From an uncultured Planctomycetaceae bacterium (GTDB taxonomy: Bacteria; Planctomycetota; Planctomycetia; Isosphaerales; Isosphaeraceae): a stretch of 64,000 nt of DNA. Of this stretch, positions 45,405 through 55,467 are shown one piece after another. A program made the position numbers and the translations under genes. The first letter of the stretch is position 1; every line of letters starts with the position of its first letter. The stretch is taken from contig CAWIAD010000002.1 of the NCBI GenBank assembly GCA_963833985.1, positions 4,832,001 to 4,896,000 on the forward strand. Reading direction: 5' to 3'. Below the pieces are notes generated by a model that was not told the DNA's origin, did no database searches, and worked only from the letters and a program-made list of their open reading frames with translations.

Positions 45405-47606
45405 TCAGGCCGACGCACCGGCCTGTGCGGGCCGGGGCACTTCCTTGTAGAAGGTGTTCGCCAGCAAGTTCTCGAGAGTCACGATGAGCAGGATGAGCAT
45501 CATCAGCCAGGGGAAAAGCTCGTTGCCTACCCGAACCTTTTCCTGATATTTCTCCAGCGCGGCGGTGTCCTCGGCCAGGGCGTAACCGTCCTTGCCGAAG
45601 ATGACGTCCAGGTCTTTGGGCTCAAGCGGAGTGAACTTGCTCTCGGAGACCGGGGCGTTGAGGCTGAAGCCCAGCTTGGTCTGATGGTTCTCGGCATCCT
45701 TGGCCATGACGGTCCACTGGCCAAGCATTTGCGGTGCCACGATCTCCAGGTAATCGCTGGTGGCCGAGGGCGCCAGGGCGTCCGGGCTCTTGCTCTCTGG
45801 TCCCATGAGCAGGAAGTTCTGGTAGCGTGCGCCGGGTCCAAGGGAAAGCAGCACATTCTCGCCGGCCTCGAAATCGAGCTGCTCATTGGATGTTCCGGCC
45901 AGGTAGGGGACGGTCTCATTCATGAGGGCCAGGAAGGCCCAACCGTAGGTTGGCAGGGGAAACTCATTCCAGGCACCGCGATCGGTACGCCGGGAGCGCC
46001 GGGCCAGCGGGGTGGTCCAGAGCAGAACGCGGCCGGTCTTGGCTCCCTTGAATGTCCGCTCCAGGAGCGCAGGAGCGCCGTCAGCGTAGCTCAGGAGGAC
46101 ACGCGCCACTTCCGACGGCTTGACGGCCCAGTAGCGGTAGATCGGCACGAGGGCGAGCTGCGGGTCGATCTCCTTGGCATAGTCCTTGAACAGCGGGTGG
46201 GTGACGTCCGCCACCTTGCCGAAGGTGGTCTCCTTGGCCGGGCGGCTCATTTCGAGCTCCGCGGGGAGCATCTGGCTGGCCGTCGGGCCGTTGTAATTCG
46301 CGGGGTTGCAGCGGTCGCCGAGGCCGAAGACCAGGCCCCCGCCCTCGTGCACGTAGCCGTTGAGCAGCCCCCAGGCATCCTCGTCCGGCAGTGCCTCGAC
46401 GTTGAGCACGAAAACCGCGGCGTAGTCCTTGAGGGTGTCGCGGAAGCGGTCGAGCAAGTCCGCGGGGCGCACGCGGTCGATCTGGTAGCCGCTGGCGGCC
46501 GAGGGCGTCGGCTCGGGGTCGAGCGCGAAGGAAACGAACTCGGCGTCGGACGGCTGGTCGGAGATGAGCAACACCTTGTACGCCGGCCGCACCTTGAAGG
46601 TAAAGTAGCGGCGGTCGTCGAACTCCAGCGGGTCGGGCGTGCCGGCAAGGCGCAGCTCGCCGCGATGAAGATCGCCTTCGGGCAACCGGGGGGGCGTTGG
46701 AAAGCTCACCTCCTGCTGCCCGCCTGGCGGCAGTTCGACCGGCTTCTCCCCCTTCTTCACTCCATCCAGGTAGAACTCGACAACCCGCGTGACCGGCTTG
46801 GTTCCCTGGGCGCGGACCTGTCCCTTGACCTCGACCGACTCACCCTGGGTGACGAAGCTCTTCGCCGGCTGGGCCGTGTCGAGGGCCACGTCGCTGATCT
46901 CCGGCGAACCAAGCCGTACGATGAAGGTGGCGATCTTGCCGCTCGGAGTCGACTTCGCCCTGGCAACCTTGTCGAGGCCCTCGGCCGGCTGCTCGGGGCT
47001 CCAGGACGACCTCGACAGGTCGGTCAGCACGTACACCTCGTGGCGCGGGCGGTCGCAGTCGACGACGGCCGGGTAAACCTGCCCCATCACCGCGTTCAGG
47101 GGACGGTTCACGGGGCGGATGGTGAGGTTTTCGATCCACTTGCGGGCCGCGGCCGGCGTCAGCCCGACCGGAACGCCGGGGTCGGCCGAGTTCACCGGAA
47201 AGACCAGACTGGAATCGGGAATCTGGTCCAGGATCGCCCGCGCTCGCTCCTTGGCAAGGTCGAGCCGGGTCTTGTCGTTCTCCTTGTAGCTCATTGACAG
47301 GCTGGTGTCGAAGACCAGCCCGAGCGCCGTGGGTACCGACTGGTCGCCCAGGGGCATCTGCGAATAGAGCCTGGGCCGAGCCAGGGCCAGCGCCATCAGC
47401 GCCAGCACCGCCATCCGTGCCAGCAGCAGGAGCCAGTTCTTCACCCGCAGCCGTTTCTTGGACCGCTTCTGGCGCTCGCGCACCAGCCGCAGTGCGGGGA
47501 AGATGACATGCTTGGGCGTCTGCCGCATGAAGAGATGCAGGATCACCGGCAAGGCGGCAAGGGCCGCACCGGCCGCCAGACCCGCATTGATCATCGAGAA
47601 TTCCAT
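45405..47606 (-). CDS. BatA-domain / vWA protein
   Basis: LPVILHL...FPALR...LLLLARM...LARP (BatA N-terminus), FDTSLSM, C-terminal TM. Confidence 0.88.
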   Translation of the reverse strand: MEFSMINAGLAAGAALAALPVILHLFMRQTPKHVIFPALRLVRERQKRSKKRLRVKNWLLLLARMAVLALMALALARPRLYSQMPLGDQSVPTALGLVFDTSLSMSYKENDKTRLDLAKERARAILDQIPDSSLVFPVNSADPGVPVGLTPAAARKWIENLTIRPVNRPLNAVMGQVYPAVVDCDRPRHEVYVLTDLSRSSWSPEQPAEGLDKVARAKSTPSGKIATFIVRLGSPEISDVALDTAQPAKSFVTQGESVEVKGQVRAQGTKPVTRVVEFYLDGVKKGEKPVELPPGGQQEVSFPTPPRLPEGDLHRGELRLAGTPDPLEFDDRRYFTFKVRPAYKVLLISDQPSDAEFVSFALDPEPTPSAASGYQIDRVRPADLLDRFRDTLKDYAAVFVLNVEALPDEDAWGLLNGYVHEGGGLVFGLGDRCNPANYNGPTASQMLPAELEMSRPAKETTFGKVADVTHPLFKDYAKEIDPQLALVPIYRYWAVKPSEVARVLLSYADGAPALLERTFKGAKTGRVLLWTTPLARRSRRTDRGAWNEFPLPTYGWAFLALMNETVPYLAGTSNEQLDFEAGENVLLSLGPGARYQNFLLMGPESKSPDALAPSATSDYLEIVAPQMLGQWTVMAKDAENHQTKLGFSLNAPVSESKFTPLEPKDLDVIFGKDGYALAEDTAALEKYQEKVRVGNELFPWLMMLILLIVTLENLLANTFYKEVPRPAQAGASA

Positions 47607-47612
47607 GCGCCG

Positions 47613-48512
47613 TCACCCCCGAGCCTGGCGGCTGAGCAAGTAAGACATGAGCGCCTTGTCGAACGGCATCCCCGTGTGAAGGGGGACGTAGTCGATGCGG
47701 GCGCGAACGCAATCGGTCCGGTAGCCGTTCTGAAAGCTCTCGACCTCCGCCAGGTAGTCGGCCTTGATCGCGTCAGCGTCCACTTCCAGGATCTCCCGCG
47801 TCTCATTGTCCTCCAGCTTGAGCATTCCCTGGAAGGGGAACATGGCCTCGGCCTCGTCAAGGACGTGAAACACGATCACATCGTGGCCCGAGAACCGCAG
47901 CCTGTGCAACGCCCGCAGGACAGGTGCGTTATCGGCGAGCAGGTCGCTGAAGATCATCACCAGGCTGCGATGGCGGATCATGCTCGCCACCTGGTGCAGG
48001 CTGGCCTCGATGTCGGTCTCACCCTCCGGCTTCAGCTTGGCGAGCAGCGACAGCACGTTGCCAAGCTGCGATCGCTTGCTCCCCGGCGCCAGGCTCTGGC
48101 GAATCTTCTGATCGAAGGCGACCAGGCCCACCGGGTCTTGCTGATGGATCATCAGGTAGCAAAGTGCGGCCGCCAGGCTGATGCTGTACTCGAACTTGGT
48201 GAGCTCTTGCCGGTAGGTGTAGCCCATCGAGCCGGAAAGGTCCATCACCAGGTAGCCGGTGAGATTGGTCTCGGCCTGAAACTTCTTGATGTAGAAGCGG
48301 TCGGTCTTGGCGTAAACGTTCCAGTCCACGTCCGAGATGTTGTCTCCGGCGGTGTACTTGCGATGCTCGGAGAACTCGACCGAGAACCCCTGGAAGGGGC
48401 TGGCGTGCAAGCCCGCGATGAAGCCCTCGACGATGAACTTGGCCCGCAGATCAAGCCGCGCCACCTGGCGGATGACCTCGGGCTTCAGATACTTTTCCGC
48501 GGTTCCAGGCAT
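47613..48512 (-). CDS. DUF58 protein (MoxR-associated)
   Basis: GLHASPFQGFSVEFSEHRKY..GD...DWNVYAKTDR..IKKF..ETN, DLSGSM. Confidence 0.93.
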   Translation of the reverse strand: MPGTAEKYLKPEVIRQVARLDLRAKFIVEGFIAGLHASPFQGFSVEFSEHRKYTAGDNISDVDWNVYAKTDRFYIKKFQAETNLTGYLVMDLSGSMGYTYRQELTKFEYSISLAAALCYLMIHQQDPVGLVAFDQKIRQSLAPGSKRSQLGNVLSLLAKLKPEGETDIEASLHQVASMIRHRSLVMIFSDLLADNAPVLRALHRLRFSGHDVIVFHVLDEAEAMFPFQGMLKLEDNETREILEVDADAIKADYLAEVESFQNGYRTDCVRARIDYVPLHTGMPFDKALMSYLLSRQARG

Positions 48513-48949
48513 CAAGCCTCCACTTTGGTTTCGGTACGCCCGAGTTCGAGAAGCCTGGCCGCCGAGGTCGCGATCAAGACTTTATGGTCGGGATTCCAGT
48601 TCGTGACGATGCCGACCAGCCGGCTCGCCTCGGGTGTCCACTCCGTGGTGCTTCTTCCTGACGCGCCGAGCCGCCACACCGGACTTCCGCTCAGACCGAA
48701 GGCCCCGCTGGGCCGATGCCCCGGGGCGAGGGCCTGATGGTTCTCGGCCGGTTCGAACACCCGCGACCAATCGTCGATCATGCTATGCGGTGTCTTATGA
48801 CCAATAAAATGCTCCGGCTCGACCCAAGAATTCAGGGCAAATTGGCAAGGCTTCGGAAAGCCTCGCGGAAGAAACTCATAGCCCGGCAGGTCTCGATCGA
48901 ACTGCTCCGGCTCCTCCGGGCTGATGTCAGACTCGCGGTACCTGACCAT
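48512..48949 (-). CDS. Hypothetical protein, possibly the C-terminal part of a trypsin-like serine protease
   Basis: GLSGSPVW...LVGI motif; its TGA overlaps the DUF58 ATG (TGATG); N-terminus probably missing. Confidence 0.5.
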   Translation of the reverse strand: MVRYRESDISPEEPEQFDRDLPGYEFLPRGFPKPCQFALNSWVEPEHFIGHKTPHSMIDDWSRVFEPAENHQALAPGHRPSGAFGLSGSPVWRLGASGRSTTEWTPEASRLVGIVTNWNPDHKVLIATSAARLLELGRTETKVEA

Positions 48950-49233
48950 GGGGATTGGCCAGGTTTCCCAACCGTGTCTTTGACCATTCTAGGCGTCAGG
49001 TTATCCTCCCGGCCAGAACCGCTCCGGTAGACCAGCCACGTCATCGACCGTCGCTATTCTTTCGATCGTAGTGCACTCGTGCCGCCTGACCAGATCGTTT
49101 CTACCCCTTGACCAAGCGTGAGACGTGGACCAACCTGGTCGAAATCCGGGAAAAAACTCGAAAACCTACGGAGATTTTGAAATAATGTAGGTTCGAACAC
49201 ATCCTCACTATTCCAAGCAACGGAGGCTTTCGA

Positions 49234-49462
49234 GTGAATCCTGCTATCTCCAGGAAGACCGGAAACACAAGCGCAAAAAGAGACGAGAACGCAACCGCAA
49301 AATCCTCAACGAACGCAAACGGAGAGTCCTCGACGAGGTCTACCTCAACGCCCTGGGCACCCAGCGCATCCCCGACCCCACGACGGCCGGGAAATTCTGC
49401 CGTCGCTGCTCCGAGGCCCACGTCGTGACCTTGATGGACGCCATCAATCAAACGCGGCTGAG
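49234..49462 (+). mobile_element. IS1380-family transposase remnant (internally deleted)
   Basis: Plus-strand translation ...KILNERKRRVLDEVYLNALGTQRIPDPTTAGKFCRRCSEAHVVTLMDAINQTRL; the IPDPTTAGxFCRR motif is recalled from IS1380/DDE_Tnp_1_4 transposases. Confidence 0.7.
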
Positions 49463-49553
49463 AAAGCCAGGGGCCAGGGCCTCCGGGTAGTCGAAGGTAC
49501 GTGATCGATGGAATCACATGATTACTTTCATTGTACATATTTCGAATAATATA

Positions 49554-50201
49554 TTACGCTTGTTTTGGGTTTAGTCTTGGAAGGAGCACGATCCGGCAGT
49601 TGTTCACATCCAGGGCGAGGTAGAGCAGAATGTCGACCGGAACCTCGAGGCCAGGAAGCAAGCGACTCCCATAGCGATCGCCGGGATGAAGCACGGTCTT
49701 GCGATACCTGCCTGCTACGTCGACGTACACAGTGACCCGACGCCGCATCCGATCAATGATGACGTATTCGTACACTCCGAGCCGATGATACTCTCTGCGT
49801 TTCTTGACGTAATCCCGTTCGCGCGACGCACGGCCAGGGCTCACGACCTCGAAGACCATCTCTGGAGCCCGCTGAGGACGTGCCAGCCCTGATCGGTTAC
49901 CGACCAGAAAAACGCCGATGTCCCCGATCCGATCTGTCCCTGCATCCACGCGGACCCAGCATTCCGAGGCGACCAATTCCACGAGTTCGGGATGAGCCAG
50001 CCGGTAAGCCCCCAGATAGTCGCGCATTGGTTCGGAGCTGAAATCATGCTCGGGACTGTCAGGAGGCATGACGACAAGCCTTCCTTCCTCGCGCTCGTAA
50101 CTCCAACGGGGTTCGAATTCGGCTTCCTCGAATTCCTCGGCCGAGACAGATCGGCCGGAGTCGTCGGGACCGAGGAGTAGTATGGGTCGTTGAGTCGCCA
50201 T
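49554..50201 (-). CDS. Uma2 family (DUF820) endonuclease-like protein
   Basis: YEREEGRLVVMPP..PEH, PEMVFEVVSPG..RDYVKKRREYHRLGVYEYVIID, LLPGLEV. Confidence 0.9.
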   Translation of the reverse strand: MATQRPILLLGPDDSGRSVSAEEFEEAEFEPRWSYEREEGRLVVMPPDSPEHDFSSEPMRDYLGAYRLAHPELVELVASECWVRVDAGTDRIGDIGVFLVGNRSGLARPQRAPEMVFEVVSPGRASRERDYVKKRREYHRLGVYEYVIIDRMRRRVTVYVDVAGRYRKTVLHPGDRYGSRLLPGLEVPVDILLYLALDVNNCRIVLLPRLNPKQA

Positions 50202-50245
50202 AACTCAGCCTCCAGGTGGAGTCGCTCGCCGCCATGACTTCCGGA

Positions 50246-51268
50246 CTATTTCCTCTCGTACTTCGGGGTCTCCGGCTCACGGATCTCGGTCAAGAGCCGC
50301 TTCACGAGACTCTCGGTGGACTGGCCTTCCGCCTGCGCCTGGAAGTTGGTGCTGATGCGGTGGCGAAGCACGGGGATGGCCACCTTGCGGATGTCGTCGA
50401 GCGAGACGCTGAACCGCCCGTCCATCGCCGCCATGGCCTTGCCGGCCAGGATCAGGTTCTGCCCGGCGCACGGGCCTGCACCATAGTCGATCAGCTCCTT
50501 GACGAACTGAGGCGCTTTCTCGTCGTTGGGACGCGTTGCCCGCACCAGCCGGGTCACGTAATCGACGGTGTACTCCGACACGGGCACCGAGGTGACCAGC
50601 TTCTGAAGGTTGACGATGGCCTTGCCGGAGAGCACCTTCTTGAGATCGGGGACCTCGCCTTTGGTCGTGGACAGGAGGATCCTCTTCTCCTCCTCAAGCG
50701 AGGGGTAGCCGACGCGGATATCGAACATGAAGCGGTCAAGCTGCGCCTCGGGCAGCGGATAGGTTCCCTCTTGCTCGATCGGGTTCTGGGTCGCGATCAC
50801 GAAGAACGGATCGGGCAGATGCAGCGTGTCTTGCCCCACCGTGACCTCGCGCTCCTGCATGGCTTGAAGCAAGGCTGCCTGGGTTTTCGGCGGCGTCCGG
50901 TTAATCTCGTCGGCCAGGATGATGTTGGCGAAGATCGGCCCCGGCACGAACCGGAATGAGCGCCGGCCGGCCTCCGGTTCTTCCAGCACGTTCGTCCCGG
51001 TGATGTCCGAGGGCATCAGGTCAGGGGTGAACTGGATGCGCTTGAAGCTGACGTCCAGGATTCGCGCAATCGAGCTGACCATGAGCGTCTTGGCCAGACC
51101 GGGCACGCCCACGAGCAGCACATGTCCGCGCGTGAAGATGGACGCGAGGATCAGTTCGATCACGTCGCGCTGGCCAATGATGACCTTGTTCAGTTCGGCC
51201 ACCATGACGTCGCGAGAGTGCCGAAACTCGTCAAGGAGCTGCGTGATCCGGTCGCCCGCTGTTGACAT
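50246..51268 (-). CDS. MoxR family AAA+ ATPase
   Basis: GVPGLAKT, RIQFTPDLMPSDITG, DEINRTPPKTQAALL, ATQNPIEQEGTYPLPEAQLDRF. Confidence 0.96.
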   Translation of the reverse strand: MSTAGDRITQLLDEFRHSRDVMVAELNKVIIGQRDVIELILASIFTRGHVLLVGVPGLAKTLMVSSIARILDVSFKRIQFTPDLMPSDITGTNVLEEPEAGRRSFRFVPGPIFANIILADEINRTPPKTQAALLQAMQEREVTVGQDTLHLPDPFFVIATQNPIEQEGTYPLPEAQLDRFMFDIRVGYPSLEEEKRILLSTTKGEVPDLKKVLSGKAIVNLQKLVTSVPVSEYTVDYVTRLVRATRPNDEKAPQFVKELIDYGAGPCAGQNLILAGKAMAAMDGRFSVSLDDIRKVAIPVLRHRISTNFQAQAEGQSTESLVKRLLTEIREPETPKYERK

Positions 51269-51897
51269 GCGTATATCCGAGTTCACCAGTGAATGGAAAC
51301 AGTTCCGAAACTGGAAGTTACGACGGGCAAGCCCGCCACGCGCGCCGCTCGGGCCGGAAATTCAACCACGGGAGTGAGCGGCGACGAATGATCAGGTTCC
51401 GGTCATTGTAGCGCCGCGTGAACGTGTGATTCAAGCGCGCGGACCGCATCGCCAGTCGAATCACCCAGGGTTCCCGGTCTCATCCTCACGCGCGAGCAGC
51501 CAACCAGGATCGCGCATCGGGTCCTATCCTATGGACCCACGGTCTCATTCACTTTGCCCGAATCTCTTGCCTGAAGAGGTTTTCCGCGCAGTGACCGGTC
51601 GCCTCAGCCGCGAATGCATGCGTGCACTAGGGTGAGCAACGGGCGGACCCGTGCGTGAGTTGCTGTCGATTCCAATCCCCACGGCACGGGTCTTGCCGTT
51701 GTATCGCTATATTATTAGTAGGAGGCTGACACGAGAGCATACTGCCGGTGATTGTTCTAGGATAGGATTGATCTGGTCCCACCACACTCCAGGCCTTGCG
51801 TGCCGGTGGTCGTCTGCCGGCAACCCGCCCTGCATTCCGATGGGCTTCGCGCATCGGGACAATGCTGTCACGTGGCCTGCCCACCATGGAGAAAGTG

Positions 51898-53031
51898 ATG
51901 CGCAAGCGGTTCGTTGTGCTGGTCCGCGCTTTTTCGTTGCTGCTTGGATGCTCCTTCCTGCTGGCGCTGGCCGTGTCCTTTCTGCACGCATCGACACCCG
52001 GCGAGCAGCCGTTGAGCCCCACGAAGCTGGAGGCGATCACATCAGGGACCTGGCCGGGTCATGCCGCGAACCGGGAGTCCTGCTACCTGATCGACCGCCA
52101 GAGCACCCAGTGTGATGTGATGGAACTGCCCTCAGGCAATCGCTTCGGGCAGATGAGCATCTCTCCGTGGCGGGACGCGGACGGTGAAACCGAGGCGGTC
52201 TGCCAGAGTTTTCGCGCGTCGATGCTGGGTCTGGACCAGTCTTTCTCTGGTCTGGCGCGTGTGCGAGTGCCGCAAGGCGAGGTCATCGAGGAGTTCAAGC
52301 TCGACCTGCTGCCCAGCGGGCGGGTTTGCTGGGTGCCTGCACGTCCTGGAAGGATCGTTTTCGCCGCCGGCGACGGCCGTCTTTACCGCCACGACTTCCC
52401 GGGTTGGGAAGCAGGCCTCGCCCCGACCGGCGAGGATGACGCCGCCAGCGCCGAGGCCACGAAGCCGACGCTCGTGGACTGGAAGGTGACGCACGCCGGC
52501 GAGGCGCCGTTCGTCACTGATCCCTTCTGGTCCCGCCATCCTCTGCTGCGCCGCCTGCTGATCGTCACCGTCATCCCCCAGGTCAAGAGTGCCAACCGAC
52601 CGGCCACCGAGGCCACCGAACTGTTCTGGCTGGTCATGCGCGACGACGGTGCCACGGTCGAAGCGGCCGCGAAACTGGAAATACCCGCGTCCGACGCCAC
52701 CGGCGATCGCGCGATGATGCGGCGATTTCCGACCGTGGAGCGTGGGCAGGATGGTGTTTTTCGGCTGGCTTACCTGGCGCGGCCGCTGGGACAGCGGAAG
52801 ATCCGGCTGGAGGTGGTCACCATCGAGATCGACCCCGCGACAGCCCTGCCGCGCGTGCCGCAAGGGCAGATGCCGCGGATCGTGGACCAGGACGCCGCTC
52901 CGGTTCCTCCCGTCTTCTCCTCGGACGGCATGTCCATTTACCTGGTCGCCTGGAACAGCGGCCTGATCCTCAAGCGGCCCGTGGCCGACCAGGGCCCCGG
53001 AACAGTCTCCCTCGCCGACTCGAGGCGCTGA
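51898..53031 (+). CDS. Membrane-anchored hypothetical protein (possible beta-propeller)
   Basis: N-terminal TM, beta-rich body (IVFAAGDGRLYR, PVFSSDGMSIY), GGAG upstream of ATG 51898. Confidence 0.7.
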   Translation: MRKRFVVLVRAFSLLLGCSFLLALAVSFLHASTPGEQPLSPTKLEAITSGTWPGHAANRESCYLIDRQSTQCDVMELPSGNRFGQMSISPWRDADGETEAVCQSFRASMLGLDQSFSGLARVRVPQGEVIEEFKLDLLPSGRVCWVPARPGRIVFAAGDGRLYRHDFPGWEAGLAPTGEDDAASAEATKPTLVDWKVTHAGEAPFVTDPFWSRHPLLRRLLIVTVIPQVKSANRPATEATELFWLVMRDDGATVEAAAKLEIPASDATGDRAMMRRFPTVERGQDGVFRLAYLARPLGQRKIRLEVVTIEIDPATALPRVPQGQMPRIVDQDAAPVPPVFSSDGMSIYLVAWNSGLILKRPVADQGPGTVSLADSRR

Positions 53032-53149
53032 AGCTGGGTGCACGCCAGCCGGGCTGGGGCTCTTGCCGACCACCCTCGTCTCTGGACATAGTAAAGGAGT
53101 CGATCCCCGAACACGTCGTCCTCGTCCGATCTGTTTCCAGGAGCCAGCC

Positions 53150-55464
53150 ATGCCGATCGCAGCAAGCGTGCGATCCTGGAGTACGCGGAAGCTGGTCCCC
53201 GGCCTGTTGCTTGTCGCCCTGCTCCACCCTGGAGCGGCCCAGGCCGCAGTGGGACGCGATGAGGTGGAACGTGCCATACGTGACGGCGTCCGCTACCTCA
53301 AGCAAGCCCAGAAAGACAACGGCTCCTGGGCCGACGTTCACGGCGATGCCCGCACCGGCACCACCAGCCTGGTCACCCTGGCTCTTCTGACCGCGGGTGA
53401 GAAGCTCGATTCTCCACAGATCCGCAAGGCGCTCAACTACCTGCGCGGCTTCACGCCGGACCAGCTCAACAGCACCTACGCCATTGCCCTCCAGACCATG
53501 GTGTACGCGGCAGCCGAGCCCGATCGCGACATGCTACGGATCGCCGCCAATGTGACCTGGCTGGAAGGCGCCCAGATCCGCGAGGGCGACCCTGTGCCCT
53601 GGCCGGGATCCTGGAGTTACTCCAGCTCGAAGCGCGCCCAGCCGGGCGACAACTCGAACAGCCAGTACGCCCTGCTTGGCCTTGGCGCGGCCAGCGAGGC
53701 CGGCGTACCCATCAAGCCCGCGGTCTGGGCCCTCGCACGCGACTACTGGGAGCGGAACCAGAAGCACGATGGAAGCTGGGCGTACACGCCGGACACGGCC
53801 GCCTCCTCGGCCAGCATGACCTGCGCGGGGATCTCCAGCCTGGTCATCACCGGCCTGAAACGCTTCCGCGGCCTGGAATCGCTCGAGGGCGAGCTGATCC
53901 ACAATTGCGGCAGGGGCTCCACCAGTCCCAGTCTCCAGCGCGGCATCGACTGGATGGCCAGCCATTTTCAGGTCGGTCAGAATTACGGCAACGGCCAGCA
54001 GTGGAAGCTGTACTATCTGTATGGGCTGGAGCGGGCGGGCCGGCTGGGGGGCCTGAGGTTCTTCGGCCGCTATGACTGGTACCGCCTGGGCGCGGAGGAG
54101 CTGGTGCACGAGCAGAACCGGCTTTCGGGATACTGGCAGGGTGTCTTGATCGAGGCCGACCGGACCGTGGCCACCAGCTTCGCGATCCTGTTCCTGGCCA
54201 AGGGCCGCGCACCGGTGCTCGTCAACAAGCTGCGCCACGGGCCGCGCGGCGACTGGAACCATGACGCCGACGACATCCGCAACCTCGTCTCCATCGTCTC
54301 CCGAGACTGGAAAAACCTGCTCACCTGGCAGGTCGTCGATCCCGGCACCGCCTCCGTCGCCGACCTGCTCCAGGCCCCCATCATCTTCTTCAACGGACAC
54401 AAGGCCCCCGAACTCAGCCTCCAGGCCAAGCGGAACATCCGCGAGTACGTCGAGCAGGGCGGCTTCCTCGTCGCCGAAGCCTGCTGCTCCAGCCCCGAGT
54501 TCGACGCCGGATTCAAGCAGCTCATCAAGGACAAGGACATGTTCCCCGAGCAGGAGTACAAGCTCCGGCCCCTCTCCGACGATCACCCGGTCTGGCGTGC
54601 CAAGCACCTGCTGACTCCCGGCGCTTACCCCCTCTGGGGCATCGAACACGGCTGCCGCACCGTCGTGATCTATTCCCCCAAAGACCTCTCCTGCTACTGG
54701 AACCAGGCCGAGCACAGCCCCACCAACACCGCCGTCATCCTCGCCACCCGCGTCGGACAGAACATCGTCGACTACGCCACCGGCCGCGAACTCCCCGCCG
54801 ACAAGCTCGTCGTCCGAGAAGTCCACGACTTCAAGGCCGACAGCGCCGAACGCGGCGCCCTGCGCATCGCCAAGCTCCAGCACGCCGGCCAGTGGAACGT
54901 CGCTCCACTCGCCGTCCCCAACCTCATGGAGGCCCTCCGCAAACCACCCCTCTCCTTCGACGTGGTCATCAACCACAAGGAACTCTCACCCCGCGACCCC
55001 AACCTCCTTTACTACCCCTGATCTACCTCCACGGCCGCGCCAGCTTCTCCTTCACTCGCGAGGACCTCGACGCTCTACGCAGACACCTGGAACCCGGCGG
55101 AGGAACCATCTTCGGCGACGCCGCCTGCGGCAGCCCCCCCTTCGACGCCGCCTTCCGACGCTTCGTCACCGAACTCTTGCCCAACAACCCGCTGGTCCCC
55201 ATCCCCCGCGACGACGAACTCTACTCCGCCACCAAGGTCGGCTTCGACCTCTCCGACTGCCAGTACACGCGCGCCGCAGGCGGTGGCAAGGACTATCCCC
55301 AACTCGAAGGCGTCAAGATCAACGGACACTGGGCCATCATCTACTCCAAGTACGACATCGGCTGTGCACTCGAACGACACTCCGGGCTCGACTGCAAGGG
55401 TTACAACTACGAGTCCGCTCTCAAAATCGCCGCCAATATCGTCATCTATTCCACCTTGCCGTGA
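53150..55464 (+). CDS. Prenyltransferase/squalene-oxidase-repeat + tandem DUF4159 protein, copy 1 (1-nt frameshift at ~55016)
   Basis: Signal peptide; QKDNGSW, GDNSNSQYALLGL, YYLYGLERAGR; two DUF4159-like halves. C4 at ~55015 versus C5 in copy 2. Confidence 0.85.
54170..55464 (+). repeat. ~1.3 kb direct repeat, copy A
   Basis: Essentially identical to 56500..57795; differences seen by eye are G54848/A57178 and one C in a homopolymer. Confidence 0.92.
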
Positions 55465-55467
55465 TCG

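Noticed and set aside
28909..55464. Programmed ribosomal frameshifting or true pseudogenes at the split genes
   Set aside because: No shared slippery motif, unrelated genes affected, and a homopolymer-deletion pattern typical of sequencing error
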